Positions 18,298 through 28,443 of a DNA stretch of 64,000 nucleotides are shown here, one piece after another. The DNA comes from Dehalococcoidia bacterium (GTDB lineage: Bacteria; Chloroflexota; Dehalococcoidia; UBA6926). How positions within the stretch are numbered: the first letter of the stretch is position 1; the number at the start of each line of letters is the position of its first letter. The translations under genes and the position numbers were made by a program. A model generated the notes under the pieces. The model had not been told where the DNA came from. It searched no databases and was given only the letters and a program-made list of their open reading frames with translations. The stretch is from assembly GCA_963666115.2 (NCBI GenBank), contig CAXXET010000004.1, positions 416,001-480,000 on the forward strand, given 5' to 3'.

Positions 18298-19617
18298 TTA
18301 GGCGTCGAGGCGGAGGAGGTCTTCTATGGTTTCGCGGCGGCGGATTGTGCGGGGTTCGCCGTTGGAGACGAGGACGACTTCGGGGCGGGGGTTGGCGTTG
18401 TAGGTGGATGACATTGCGATGCAGTATGCGCCGGAGACGGGGATGGCAAGGATATCGCCGGCGGCAGGGGTCGGCAGGGGGCAATCGCGGACGAGGATGT
18501 CGCCGGATTCGCAGTATTTGCCCGCGATGGTGACGGTGATTTCCTCGGCGTCCGCCATGCGGGAGGCCAGCACGGCCTCATATTGCGAGCCGTAGATGGC
18601 GGGGCGGATGTTGTCGCCCATGCCGCCGTCGACGGAGACGTAGGTGCGGATGTCCGGGAGGAGCTTGGTCGCGCCGACGGTGTAGAGGGCGACGCCTGCC
18701 GTGCCGACCATAGAGCGGCCCGGCTCGATGGATATGGCGGGGAGTTCAAGGCCGTGAACATCACAGCCCTGGATGACGGCCTTTGAGATAGTGGCGATGT
18801 ATGAGTCCGGGGCGGGGGCTTCGTCCGTGGCGAGGTAGTTGACGGCAAAGCCGCCGCCCGGGCTGAACATTCGCATCGTGAAGCCGTGCTTCTCCTTCAT
18901 CTGCGCGGCAAACTCCATCGTAATCTGAATGGCCTCTTCATAGGGCTCAAGCTCAAATATGGGGGAGCCGAGGTGGAAATGGAGGCCGGCAACGTCGAGG
19001 CGCGGCGACTGCATGGCGCGCGCGATTGCCTCTTCCGCCTGGCCGGTCTGGATGGCGAGACCGAACTTGCTGTCCAGCACGCCGGTGGTGGTGTGGGCGT
19101 GGGTGTGCGGATCAACGCCGGGTGAGACGCGGAACGACACCTGCTGCGTTTTTTCCAGCCGCTCAAGGATGTACTCAAGCAGTGCGAGTTCATGGAGGTT
19201 GTCAACGACGATTGCGCCGATGCCGGACTCGACGGCCTGTTCAAGCTCCGCAGCGCTCTTGTTGTTTCCATGGAAGTGGACGTTGGCGGGGTCGATGCCC
19301 GCCGCCTGCGTGGTGATCAGTTCGCCGCCGCTTACAACGTCAAAGCCGACGCCCTCTTCGGCAAGCAGGCGGAAAAGGGCGACGTTGGAGAACGCCTTGG
19401 AGGCGTAGATGATGGAGCTTTCGCCGGGGTAGTGGGCGTCCAGGGCGGCGCGGAAGCGGCGGGCTGAGTCACGCAGTTCGGCCTCATCAAAGACGTAGAG
19501 GGGGGTGCCGCGTTCTTGGGCGAGCTGGACGGTGTCCAAGCCGGCGATTTCAAGGTTGCCGTTGGGGCGTGCCTTTGCGGAGGCTGGGAAAACGGGAAGG
19601 GCGTCAATTCCTCTCAT
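18298..19617 (-). CDS. lysA: Diaminopimelate decarboxylase
   Basis: GTPLYVFD, YASKAF, DVVSGGEL, SKFG, HFHLGS, EPGRS, GKYCESGD, GAY. Confidence 0.95.
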   Translation of the reverse strand: MRGIDALPVFPASAKARPNGNLEIAGLDTVQLAQERGTPLYVFDEAELRDSARRFRAALDAHYPGESSIIYASKAFSNVALFRLLAEEGVGFDVVSGGELITTQAAGIDPANVHFHGNNKSAAELEQAVESGIGAIVVDNLHELALLEYILERLEKTQQVSFRVSPGVDPHTHAHTTTGVLDSKFGLAIQTGQAEEAIARAMQSPRLDVAGLHFHLGSPIFELEPYEEAIQITMEFAAQMKEKHGFTMRMFSPGGGFAVNYLATDEAPAPDSYIATISKAVIQGCDVHGLELPAISIEPGRSMVGTAGVALYTVGATKLLPDIRTYVSVDGGMGDNIRPAIYGSQYEAVLASRMADAEEITVTIAGKYCESGDILVRDCPLPTPAAGDILAIPVSGAYCIAMSSTYNANPRPEVVLVSNGEPRTIRRRETIEDLLRLDA

Positions 19618-19629
19618 TTGTATGGATCT

Positions 19630-19663
19630 CCCTCACCCTAACCCTCTCCCTGAGGGAGAGGGG
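19630..19663 (+). repeat. CCCTCACCCTAACCCTCTCCC-GGGAGAGGG palindromic element (family D, single copy here)
   Basis: Hairpin CCCTCTCCC-TGA-GGGAGAGGG adjoining a family B copy. Confidence 0.65.
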
Positions 19664-19669
19664 ATTTTG

Positions 19670-19717
19670 GATTCTTCGCTGCGCTCAGAATGACAGTGGT
19701 AACGCTCAGAATGACAG
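19670..19717 (+). repeat. Repeat family B with duplicated right arm
   Basis: GATTCTTCGCTGCGCTCAGAATGACA then CGCTCAGAATGACAG 21 nt later. Confidence 0.88.
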
Positions 19718-19746
19718 TCATTGTAATCAATTGATAGTCATTGTAA

Positions 19747-20640
19747 TCATGGGAGGCGGTATGTGATTCCTGGGGTGGTTTCGGCGGTTTTGCCTTCGGC
19801 GGTTAGCTTGATTAGGTGGGCGACGATCTGTTCGCGGGCGGCGTTCCAGCGCCATTCTTCAAGGTTTGCCGCACCGTAGAGCCGCTCACGCATGGCGTCC
19901 ACATCCGTTACGCCGTCGCGCAGGCATTCCAATATGGACTCATCGCGGGAATTGCGGTGCCCGATGAGTTCCGCGAGCTTGGCGGCGGGGTCTGCGACGG
20001 GCGGGCCGTGGAACGAGAGGAGCAGGCTGGCGTTTTGGTCGGCGAGCCTCTGTAGGGAGTCTACGTAGGCGGCCATATCGCCGCCCTGGTCGAGGTGGAC
20101 GGCGGTGGTGCCGCGGCTGAGGACGCAATCGCCGGAGAAGAGGACGCCGTCGGGTTGGAGGATGTAGCACATGCTGCCGCCGACGTGGCCGGGGGTGGCG
20201 ATGGCGTGGATTGTCCTGCCGCCGCCGAGGTCGAATGTTTCGCCACCGTTGAGGGGCGTGTCGACGACGTGGCCGGCGTGTTCGTTGATGGCGTCTACGT
20301 CTGCGGCGCCGGCGTGGACTGTGAGGCGGGGGAATGCGGATTTGAGGGTTTTTGCGCCGCCGCTGTGTTCGTCGAAGCGGTCTGTGAGCAAAAGGAGGTG
20401 TAGATTCCCGCTTTCGCGGGAATGACGGACGGGGGGGCGGGAATGACGGACGGGGGGGATGGCGGTGGGGGATGAGTTGATGGCGTTGATGATGCGTTGG
20501 GAGACGTCTTGTTCGTTGTGGCCGGCGTCTATTAGGGCGGCGGCGGTTTCGCCCTGGACCCAGTAGACGTGGGGGGAGTCGTCGTCATCGGGGCGCAGGG
20601 TTATGGCAGTGACGTTGGGGGCGACATTCGTGGTGGTCAT
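19747..20640 (-). CDS. MBL-fold hydrolase (LACTB2-like with C-terminal wHTH), degenerate metal motif, internal repeat insertion
   Basis: ALIDAG, LLLTDRFDEHSGG, TPGHVGGS, LFSGD, SFHGP, AHLIKL. Confidence 0.8.
   Translation of the reverse strand: MTTTNVAPNVTAITLRPDDDDSPHVYWVQGETAAALIDAGHNEQDVSQRIINAINSSPTAIPPVRHSRPPVRHSRESGNLHLLLLTDRFDEHSGGAKTLKSAFPRLTVHAGAADVDAINEHAGHVVDTPLNGGETFDLGGGRTIHAIATPGHVGGSMCYILQPDGVLFSGDCVLSRGTTAVHLDQGGDMAAYVDSLQRLADQNASLLLSFHGPPVADPAAKLAELIGHRNSRDESILECLRDGVTDVDAMRERLYGAANLEEWRWNAAREQIVAHLIKLTAEGKTAETTPGITYRLP
20401..20458 (+). repeat. Family A repeat inside coding sequence
   Basis: TAGATTCCCGCTTTCGCGGGAATGACGG with 21-nt duplication; encodes PPVRHSR-PPVRHSR-ESGNL on the minus strand. 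Confidence 0.9.
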
Positions 20641-20747
20641 GGAAATCCTCCGATGGCGCGGCGGCGCAGTCTCAAGACACGCGCATTTTTGGCCGCGTCG
20701 TGTAAGAATCCTAAGAAAGCGCGTTAAGGGGTGTCAACGTGGGGGCG

Positions 20748-20823
20748 CCCTTCGACAGGCTCAGGGTGACCGGAGGGGGGCTCAGGGTGGACGGAGAGAT
20801 TCTTCGCTGCGCTCAGAATGACA
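20748..20823 (+). repeat. Family C (with duplication) plus family B
   Basis: CCCTTCGACAGGCTCAGGGTG..GCTCAGGGTG; GATTCTTCGCTGCGCTCAGAATGACA at 20798. Confidence 0.88.
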
Positions 20824-20856
20824 GGTAAGTGAGACCGGTGGTTATGGCAGGGGAAA

Positions 20857-21510
20857 ATGAGTATGACGGTGGCGCATAGCGGGATGGATTTGCGGATTTT
20901 TTCGTTGATGGATGTTGGGAGCTGGGGGAATAACTGCTACGTGGTGACGGATCCGCTGCGGAACGTCGCGGCGATCATCGACGCGGCGGCGGAGGCGGAC
21001 AGGATTCTCACGGCCGTCGAGGGGCTTGAGGTTAGCTATATCCTGACGACGCACCGGCACGCGGATCACTTTGGGGCGTTGGAGGAGGTGTCCGCGGCGC
21101 TGCCGGACGCAGTTGTGGCGGCGACGGCAGCCGACGCGGGGGAGCTGCCCGTCACCCCTACCCTGCTGCTGGAGGACGGTGAAACGCTCCAGATTGGAAC
21201 GGTGCCGCTGCGGGTGATCACGACGCCGGGGCATACGCCGGGGAGCGTATGCTTCATAACGGGACAGCACCTGTTCTCAGGCGATACTCTTTTCCAGGGC
21301 GGGCCGGGACATTCAACCAGCCCCGAGGCTCTCCGGCAGGTGATCACGAGCATTACGACGAAGCTGTACACGCGTCCCGACGAGACGATTGTGTACACAG
21401 GGCATGGAGGGGGAACGACGATCGGCGAGAGCAAGGCGGAATACGCGGTGTTCGCGGCCAAGCCGCACGCCGATGACCTGCACGGCGACATAGTATGGCT
21501 CGAATCGTGA
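20857..21510 (+). CDS. MBL-fold metallo-hydrolase (glyoxalase II/YcbL-like)
   Basis: NNCY, THRHADH, TPGHTPGS, FSGDTLF, YTGHG..TTIG. Confidence 0.92.
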   Translation: MSMTVAHSGMDLRIFSLMDVGSWGNNCYVVTDPLRNVAAIIDAAAEADRILTAVEGLEVSYILTTHRHADHFGALEEVSAALPDAVVAATAADAGELPVTPTLLLEDGETLQIGTVPLRVITTPGHTPGSVCFITGQHLFSGDTLFQGGPGHSTSPEALRQVITSITTKLYTRPDETIVYTGHGGGTTIGESKAEYAVFAAKPHADDLHGDIVWLES

Positions 21511-21560
21511 GCGGCGACACGCGCGCCATGCCGGCGCCCACCACCATTAGCGGGTACACG

Positions 21561-22844
21561 ATGACGGAGGCGCTCGCGCCGTATACGAAGAGCGTGCTGC
21601 TGAACGGCATCCGGCTGCTGACGGCATCAATGCCGGCGACGCGGGCCGTCTCGGTCGCGTTCTACGTCGGCACCGGCTCGCGTTTCGAGCGCGAGGACGA
21701 GTCCGGGGCGTCGCACTTTTTGGAGCACATCCTTTTCAAGGGGACTGAGAAGAGGCCGCTGGCGCAGGACGTGTCCGAGACCATCGAGCGCGTCGGCGGG
21801 TTCATGAACGCCAGCACGGACCGTGAGGTGACGATCTATTGGGCGCGGGTGGCGCGGCCTCACCTGTCCATCGGCATCGATATTTTGTCGGATATGCTTT
21901 TGAACTCGACGTTCCCGCCGGAGGAGATCGAGAAGGAACGGGACGTCATCCTGGAGGAGATTCACACGTCGGTCGATTCGCCTGCGCAGCGCGCGTTTCA
22001 AATGGCAGACAAGATCATGTGGCCGGACCAGCCGCTCGGCCGGGACATCGCGGGGACGGAGGAGAGCGTCCGCGAGCTTTCGCGGGACACGATCATGTCC
22101 TATATGCGGGAGCAGTATGACCCGTCGCAGATTGTGATGGCGGTGGCGGGGCAGATCGAGCACGCGGAGATCGAGCAGGTGGTGGGCGAGTTGCTGGAGA
22201 CGTGGCCGAGCGGGAGTCCGCGCGCGATGCCGCCCGTGGACGACACGGCGCCGGAGAGCCGCGTTGCGGTGGAATACCGCAAGACGGAGCAGGCCAACAT
22301 CTGCCTGATGTTCCCGGGGATGTCCGCGCATGATCCGGACCGGCGCGCGCTGTGGCTGCTGAACGCAATTCTCGGCGACGGGATGGCGTGCCGCCTGTTC
22401 CTGGAGCTGCGCGAGCGGCTGGGCCTCGTCTATGAAGTGGATACGGACGTGATGTATCTACAGGATACGGGCGCGATGGCGGTGTACGCGGGGACGGCAC
22501 CGCAGCGGGGGCCACAGGCGCTGGAGGCGGTCATCACGGAGCTGGAGCGGGCGACCACGGACATCACGCAGAGCGAACTGGAGCGGGCGCGCGAGTTGTC
22601 CAAGGGACGGATGCTGCTGCGGCTGGAGGATACGCGCAGCATTTCCGGCTGGCTGGGTGGGCAGGAGATCACCTTTGGGCATATCGAGACGCCGGAGGAG
22701 GTTGTCGGACAGTTGGACAGCATTACGGTGGACGACGTGCAGCGGGTGGCGCGGCGCGTCTTCAACCCGGACAACTACCGGCTAACGGTGGTGGGGCCGT
22801 ACCGGAGCGACCGCAAGTTCAGGAATATCATCGAGGGCCGGTAG
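21561..22844 (+). CDS. M16 family zinc peptidase
   Basis: HFLEH inverted zinc motif, NAST, RLFLELRERLGLVY; start uncertain (21495-21561). Confidence 0.92.
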   Translation: MTEALAPYTKSVLLNGIRLLTASMPATRAVSVAFYVGTGSRFEREDESGASHFLEHILFKGTEKRPLAQDVSETIERVGGFMNASTDREVTIYWARVARPHLSIGIDILSDMLLNSTFPPEEIEKERDVILEEIHTSVDSPAQRAFQMADKIMWPDQPLGRDIAGTEESVRELSRDTIMSYMREQYDPSQIVMAVAGQIEHAEIEQVVGELLETWPSGSPRAMPPVDDTAPESRVAVEYRKTEQANICLMFPGMSAHDPDRRALWLLNAILGDGMACRLFLELRERLGLVYEVDTDVMYLQDTGAMAVYAGTAPQRGPQALEAVITELERATTDITQSELERARELSKGRMLLRLEDTRSISGWLGGQEITFGHIETPEEVVGQLDSITVDDVQRVARRVFNPDNYRLTVVGPYRSDRKFRNIIEGR

Positions 22845-22865
22845 GCGGGAATTGGCGAGGCGGCT

Positions 22866-23129
22866 ATGTTTCGGAGGCTAACGCAGATTCTCACGGTCAT
22901 CGTCATCATTGCGGTGATCTACGAGGAGTTGAGAAAGGACCCGGAGAGCGAGCGGTGGCATGGGCGGGCGCTCGGATTCGTGCCGTATGATTTGCGTCCG
23001 CCGAGTCTTCGGCAGATACGGGAGACGTATTGGAATCCGAAGGATAAGCGGATCTTTCCGGGCAAGGTGGCCGGCATTGGGTGGGGCATTAATTTCGCGG
23101 CGCTGTTCGACCGGATCAGCCGGATGTAG
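22866..23129 (+). CDS. Small membrane-anchored protein (DUF5808-like)
   Basis: N-terminal TM, WNPKDKRIFPGKVAGIGWGINF. Confidence 0.7.
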   Translation: MFRRLTQILTVIVIIAVIYEELRKDPESERWHGRALGFVPYDLRPPSLRQIRETYWNPKDKRIFPGKVAGIGWGINFAALFDRISRM

Positions 23130-23212
23130 CGGGTTGTTATGTCGGCGGGGGAGTTGTGCTATAGTCCACGCGATACCTGCCTGGGATCACGGGGGAGTGG
23201 GGGAAGGCCGTC

Positions 23213-23545
23213 ATGACGTTCAACGACCGCACGCTGACGTGCTCCGAGTGCGGCGAGGATTTCGTTTTTACGGCGGGCGAGCAGCAGTATTACGCGGATC
23301 GGGGCTTCCGCAACGAGCCGAAGCGGTGTCACGCGTGCCGCGTTGTGCGGCGGGCGGACATGGCGCGGCGGCGGGAGACGCGCGATACGGCAGCGCCGGT
23401 AGAGCAGGATCGTCCTCGTCGGCAGATGTATCCGGCGACGTGCGCGGAGTGCGGGCGCGAGACTGAGGTGCCGTTCGAGCCGCGCGGAATCAGGCCGGTG
23501 TATTGCGCGACGTGTTTCACGCGTCAGCGGAATGCGCCGCGGTAG
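23213..23545 (+). CDS. Zinc-ribbon / CxxC-x17-CxxC domain protein
   Basis: DRTLTCSECGEDFVFTAGEQ..EPKRCHAC; CAECG..VPFEP..PVYCATC. Confidence 0.9.
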   Translation: MTFNDRTLTCSECGEDFVFTAGEQQYYADRGFRNEPKRCHACRVVRRADMARRRETRDTAAPVEQDRPRRQMYPATCAECGRETEVPFEPRGIRPVYCATCFTRQRNAPR

Positions 23546-23602
23546 GGTTGTGTTATTAATGGATGTGCGGGAGCGGGCAACTGAAAGGGAGGGAAGCGGC
23601 GA

Positions 23603-23776
23603 ATGACGTATGTAGTCCTGCGCGAGGGTGAAAGCCAGGAGCAGTTGATCAAGCGGTTCCGTTCCGTGGTTGAACGTTCCGGCATCCTGAGGCAGGCGAA
23701 GGAGAAGCGCCACTTCATCTCCAAGCAGGAACGAGCCCGGCTGAAGGCCCGCAAGGCGCGGCGCCGACGCAACTAG
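23603..23776 (+). CDS. rpsU: 30S ribosomal protein bS21 (missing from ORF track)
   Basis: MTYVVLREGESQEQLIKRFRSVVERSGILRQAKEKRHFISKQERARLK; GGGAGG RBS. Confidence 0.92.
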   Translation: MTYVVLREGESQEQLIKRFRSVVERSGILRQAKEKRHFISKQERARLKARKARRRRN

Positions 23777-23805
23777 CGCGAGTGCATGGCCTGGGACGAA
23801 CGACC

Positions 23806-24651
23806 ATGACTCACTCACAATCAGCATCCTCCACCACGGCCGGGGCCGAGGATTACTCATTCAACGCATTCGCCCGGCAGCCGTTCTACCAGGAAGAGAA
23901 CAGCCGGCTGGTCGATCTCATCGGCTTGCAGAGCGGGAACCGGGTCATCGACCTGGCATGCGGCCCGGGCGAGATCACGCGGAAGATCCTGGACAAGGTG
24001 CGCGGCGGGGATGCATGGATCCTTGGCGTTGATATGTCGCCTGAGACGCTTGAGGAGGCGCGGCGGCAGTTCACGGACGTGACCGACGCCGAGGTCTCGT
24101 TTCAAAACGCCCGGGCGGAGGACCTGACACGCGTGGTCTCGGAGCCGGTTGACGCGGTGGTTTTCTGCAATGCGATACACCTGGTGGACAACAAGCCGGA
24201 CGTGCTCACGGGAATCTCCGGGGCGCTCAAGCCCGGCGGGCTTTTCGCGTTCAACAGCACGTTTTACTCGGGTTCCATCGTGGAGGGCACGGACCCGTTC
24301 TACCGCCGATGGATGATGCGCTCTCTGCGCCTGCTCAAGTCGGAGCATGGTCTGAGCCCTGTGAAGAACAAGGTGATGGCGCGGCAGCAGTTGACAGCGG
24401 AGGAATACAAGGCGCTGCTGACAGACGCGGGTTTCAGCATCCGGGATGAGCGCGTTATTCCAATTGAAGTGCCGATCGAGGGGTGGCTTTCGATCTGCTC
24501 GTTCTCGGATTTCGTGGAGGGGGCGCTGCCGGGGGTGCAGATAGAAACGGCGAGCGACGTGCTGCGCGCAACCATCCACGAGATTTTCCGCGACATGGAG
24601 TTGTCCTTCGTTCCCCGCAACTGGCTCGAAATCGTAGCCGTGCGCGATTAG
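23806..24651 (+). CDS. Class I SAM-dependent methyltransferase
   Basis: VIDLACGPG, GVDMS, ALKPGGLF. Confidence 0.88.
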   Translation: MTHSQSASSTTAGAEDYSFNAFARQPFYQEENSRLVDLIGLQSGNRVIDLACGPGEITRKILDKVRGGDAWILGVDMSPETLEEARRQFTDVTDAEVSFQNARAEDLTRVVSEPVDAVVFCNAIHLVDNKPDVLTGISGALKPGGLFAFNSTFYSGSIVEGTDPFYRRWMMRSLRLLKSEHGLSPVKNKVMARQQLTAEEYKALLTDAGFSIRDERVIPIEVPIEGWLSICSFSDFVEGALPGVQIETASDVLRATIHEIFRDMELSFVPRNWLEIVAVRD

Positions 24652-24685
24652 CGGCACGGCACGCCGCCGGACGGAGACCTATCCG

Positions 24686-25210
24686 ATGCCGGACATCACT
24701 CCAGACGAGTTTCGCCGTGTGATGGGACGGTTCGCCACCGGCGTGACCGTCGTTACGACGCGCGCGGGGGATGACGCGCATGGGACGACGATGAGCGCAG
24801 TCTGTTCTGTGTCCTTGCAGCCGCAGCTCGTGCTCGTCTGCGTCGACCACGCATCCGACATTCACGCGCTCATCCACGAGAGCGGCGTCTTCGCCGTGAA
24901 TATCCTGCACGAGGGGCAGGCGGATTTGGCCGCCCAGTTGTCCCACAAGGGCACAGCCGAACTGCTGGCGGCACATCGACTGGAAAACCTGCCGCATCGA
25001 ACCGGCGAGTCGGGCGCGCCGCTCCTGGAGGACAGCCTGGCCCACGTGGAATGCCGCGTTGAGAACACTGTCGAGGCGGGGGATCACACGATATACGTTG
25101 GGGTTGTCGTGGGGGCGGGGGTGAACGGGGGGGCGGAGAGGCCGCTGCTGCATTATGAGGGGGAGTACCGGGGGTTAGGGGATCATAGATTCCCGCTTTC
25201 GCGGGAATGA
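24686..25210 (+). CDS. Flavin reductase family protein
   Basis: FRRVMGRFATGVTVVTT, SVSLQP, FAVNIL, GDHTIYVG; last codons come from a repeat. Confidence 0.92.
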   Translation: MPDITPDEFRRVMGRFATGVTVVTTRAGDDAHGTTMSAVCSVSLQPQLVLVCVDHASDIHALIHESGVFAVNILHEGQADLAAQLSHKGTAELLAAHRLENLPHRTGESGAPLLEDSLAHVECRVENTVEAGDHTIYVGVVVGAGVNGGAERPLLHYEGEYRGLGDHRFPLSRE

Positions 25211-25233
25211 CGAAGTGGGCGCGGGAATGACGG
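25186..25233 (+). repeat. Family A repeat with duplicated right arm
   Basis: TAGATTCCCGCTTTCGCGGGAATGACG then GCGGGAATGACG 20 nt later. Confidence 0.9.
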
Positions 25234-25243
25234 AGTTCGTTTG

Positions 25244-25272
25244 TTGACACGGATTCCGTTCCTACCTACAAT
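25244..25272 (+). promoter_or_regulatory. Sigma70 promoter of the ribosomal superoperon
   Basis: TTGACA-17 nt-TACAAT. Confidence 0.8.
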
Positions 25273-25412
25273 TTGAAATCGCGCCCCCATAGCGGGACGC
25301 AGGGTTTTTGTGCCCGTTTTTCGCGTTGCGAAACACGCCGGATGAAACGCCCAGTGGAACGCGCCCTGCCCGCACGCGCGAAACGCGGGGCGGGAGCAAG
25401 GAAAGCGACAGG

Positions 25413-25823
25413 ATGCCGACAGTCAATCAACTGGTACGGAAGGGGCGAAAGCGCCCGCGGACGAAGTCGAAAGCGCCCGCGCTGCAGGTGAGCTACAACG
25501 CTCTGACCAATCGGGTCGTGCGGAACCAGCCGTCGCCGCAGAAGCGCGGCGTGTGCACGCAGGTGCGGACGATGACACCCAAGAAGCCGAACTCCGCGCT
25601 GCGCAAGATCGCCCGTGTCCGGCTGACGAACGGCACCGAAGTGACGGCGTATATCCCGGGCGAGGGGCACAACCTGCAGGAGCACTCGACGGTGCTCATA
25701 CGCGGGGGCCGCGTGAAGGATCTTCCGGGCGTGCGCTACCACATCATCCGCGGCGCTTTGGACTCGGGCGGCGTGAACGGGCGCAAGCGGGGCCGAAGCA
25801 AGTACGGGGCGAAGAGCAGCTAG
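25413..25823 (+). CDS. rpsL: 30S ribosomal protein S12
   Basis: [33 protein letters not shown]. Confidence 0.98.
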   Translation: MPTVNQLVRKGRKRPRTKSKAPALQVSYNALTNRVVRNQPSPQKRGVCTQVRTMTPKKPNSALRKIARVRLTNGTEVTAYIPGEGHNLQEHSTVLIRGGRVKDLPGVRYHIIRGALDSGGVNGRKRGRSKYGAKSS

Positions 25824-25827
25824 GGCC

Positions 25828-26295
25828 ATGTCACGACGTCGACGGGCGGTCAAACGCCCGATACTTCCCGATCCACGCTACGGCAGCGTCCTGGTGACGC
25901 GGTTCACGAACCGCGTGATGCAGCGAGGCAAGAAGAACACGGCGCGGCGGATTGTGTACGGGGCGCTGGCGAATATCGCCACGAACGGGGACGACCCAAT
26001 CGAGACGTTTGAACGGGCAGTACGCAATGCGACGCCGCTGCTGCAGGTTCGGCCCCGGCGCGTGGGCGGCGCAACGTACCAGGTGCCCGTTGAAGTGCGA
26101 GGCGAACGCGGTTTGACGCTTTCCATGCGATGGATCATCGACTCCGCGCGACAACGGAGCGGGCGACCGATGCTCGACAAGCTGACGACGGAGATCGTGG
26201 AGGCGGCGCAGGGACAGGGCAACGCGGTTCGCCGCCGCGAAGAGATGCACCGCATGGCAGAAGCCAACCGCGCCTTTGCGCACTACCGTTGGTGA
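25828..26295 (+). CDS. rpsG: 30S ribosomal protein S7
   Basis: RRVGGATYQVPVEV, MAEANRAFAHYRW. Confidence 0.98.
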   Translation: MSRRRRAVKRPILPDPRYGSVLVTRFTNRVMQRGKKNTARRIVYGALANIATNGDDPIETFERAVRNATPLLQVRPRRVGGATYQVPVEVRGERGLTLSMRWIIDSARQRSGRPMLDKLTTEIVEAAQGQGNAVRRREEMHRMAEANRAFAHYRW

Positions 26296-26331
26296 AGCGG
26301 ACTATCTGACACAGCGCAAGGGAAAACAGTC

Positions 26332-28422
26332 ATGTCCACCGACTTACCACTCTCCAAGATTCGCAATATCGGCTTCATCGCGCATATCGACGCCGGCAAG
26401 ACAACGGTGTCCGAGCGCGTGCTGTATTTCACGGGCCGGACGTACAAGCTGGGCACCGTTGACGAGGGCACGGCGGTGATGGACTGGATGCCGCAGGAAA
26501 AGGAACGCGGCATTACCATCGTGTCCGCAGCGACGACCGTGGACTGGAAGGGTTTTACAGTCAACATCATCGACACGCCCGGACACGTCGATTTCACCGC
26601 GGAGGTTGAGCGCAGCCTCCGCGTTCTCGATGGGGGTGTTGTCATTCTCGACGCCAATGCGGGCGTCGAGCCGCAGTCGGAGACTGTGTGGCGACAGGCG
26701 GACAGGTACCACGTGCCGCGCGTTGTTTTTGTGAACAAGATGGACAAGATCGGGGCGGATTTCTTCGCGTCGATCGATTCGATTCACGTGCGCCTGAACG
26801 CCATTCCCGTGCCGGTACAGATTCCGTGGGGGAAGGAAGATGATTTCCGCGGGGTCATCGATCTCATCCGGCAGGTCGCCATCACGTGGGAGGACGCGGA
26901 CGGGGCGACGATGGTGGAGCAGCCGATTCCGGACGAGTTGATGGATGACGCCGCCCGCTACCGCGACGCGATGATCGAGCGGGCGGCTGAGCAGGACGAT
27001 GAGCTGCTGGTCAAGTACCTCGAAGGGGAGGAGTTGACCGAGGAGGAGATTCGCAAGGGGCTGCGCGCCGGCACGGTGAAGATGGCCATCTATCCCGTCT
27101 TCTGCGGCACGGCGCTCCGCAACAAGGGCGTGCAGCCGCTGGTCGACGCCATCACCGATTATTTGCCATCCCCGCTGGACGTGCCCCCGGTGCAGGGAAC
27201 CGACCCGCGCGACGAGGACGTTGTGATGGAGCGCGCGCCGGACCCGTCCGAGCCGTTCTCCGCGCTCGCGTTCAAGGTTGTCACCGATCCATTCGCGGGC
27301 CGGCTCGTCTACCTGCGGGTCTACTCCGGCACGTGCAAGGCCGGGGCGACGGTTCTCAACACGAGCAAGCAGGGGCGAGAACGACTGGGACGTCTTATCC
27401 AGATGCACTCCAATCACCGGGAGGAACTCGAGGAGGCGACAGCGGGGAATATCGTCGCCGCCGTCGGGCTCAAGGACACTTTTACCGGCGATACGATCAG
27501 CGCCGTGAACAGCCCCGTCATTCTTGAATCCATTCGCTTCCCGGAGCCGGTCGTGTCCGTGGCCATCGAGCCAAAGACGCGGGAGGAAGAGGAGAAGCTG
27601 GTAGACGCCCTGGTCAAGCTGGGGCAGGAAGACCCGACGTTCCGGTCGTCGCACGACCTGGAGACGGGCCAGACGGTTATTTCCGGCATGGGCGAGCTTC
27701 ATATCGAAGTTATCGTGGACCGCCTCAAGCGCGAGTTTCGCGTCGACGCGCGGACAGGCAGGCCGCAGGTGGCGTATCGCGAGACGATCACGCGGCCGGC
27801 GCGGGCGGAGGGCCGCTACGTGCGGCAGACGGGCGGACGCGGGCAGTACGGCCACGTGTGGCTTGAGGTTGAGCCGCTGGAGCCTGGGAGCGGCATCGAG
27901 TTCGTGAACAAGATCGTGGGCGGCGCGGTGCCACGCGAGTACATCCCCGCCGTTGAGCAGGGCGCGCGGGAGGCGGCGCAGAACGGCCAGTTGACGGGAT
28001 TCCCGATTGTCGATCTCCGCATCACCGTCGATGACGGGTCTTTCCACGAGGTGGACTCGTCCGAGATGGCGTTCAAGATGGCGGGGTCGATGGGATTCAA
28101 GGCCGCTATCGGCCGGGCGCATCCGGTGGCGCTTGAACCGATCATGAAGGTAGAGGTTGTTGGGCCTGCGGCGTCCATCGGCGACGTGATGGGCGACTTG
28201 CAGAGCCGGCGGGCGCAGGTGCAGGGCATGGAGAGCCGGGGCGATCTAGGAATCGTGACGGCATTCGTTCCCCTTGCGGAGATGTTCGGGTATGCTACAT
28301 CTCTGCGCTCCGCCACGCAGGGGCGGGCAAGCTACAGCATGGAGTTCGATCACTACAGCCACGTCCCGCACCAGGTGGTGGAAACTCTCACGCGGCGTCC
28401 GGCAAGCGTCGGGGCGCGCTAG
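26332..28422 (+). CDS. fusA: Elongation factor G
   Basis: [38 protein letters not shown]. Confidence 0.98.
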   Translation: MSTDLPLSKIRNIGFIAHIDAGKTTVSERVLYFTGRTYKLGTVDEGTAVMDWMPQEKERGITIVSAATTVDWKGFTVNIIDTPGHVDFTAEVERSLRVLDGGVVILDANAGVEPQSETVWRQADRYHVPRVVFVNKMDKIGADFFASIDSIHVRLNAIPVPVQIPWGKEDDFRGVIDLIRQVAITWEDADGATMVEQPIPDELMDDAARYRDAMIERAAEQDDELLVKYLEGEELTEEEIRKGLRAGTVKMAIYPVFCGTALRNKGVQPLVDAITDYLPSPLDVPPVQGTDPRDEDVVMERAPDPSEPFSALAFKVVTDPFAGRLVYLRVYSGTCKAGATVLNTSKQGRERLGRLIQMHSNHREELEEATAGNIVAAVGLKDTFTGDTISAVNSPVILESIRFPEPVVSVAIEPKTREEEEKLVDALVKLGQEDPTFRSSHDLETGQTVISGMGELHIEVIVDRLKREFRVDARTGRPQVAYRETITRPARAEGRYVRQTGGRGQYGHVWLEVEPLEPGSGIEFVNKIVGGAVPREYIPAVEQGAREAAQNGQLTGFPIVDLRITVDDGSFHEVDSSEMAFKMAGSMGFKAAIGRAHPVALEPIMKVEVVGPAASIGDVMGDLQSRRAQVQGMESRGDLGIVTAFVPLAEMFGYATSLRSATQGRASYSMEFDHYSHVPHQVVETLTRRPASVGAR

Positions 28423-28443
28423 GCGGGGCTACTGGATAGAAAC

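Noticed and set aside
25273-25412. Structured rpsL leader as a regulatory RNA
   Set aside because: GC-rich hairpins are possible but match no motif I can support without covariation data.
26344-28122. 592-aa antisense ORF over fusA (also long antisense ORFs at 3011-3988, 57233-58360, 60294-61721, 62008-63132)
   Set aside because: Shadow ORFs expected from high-GC codon bias opposite well-conserved genes.
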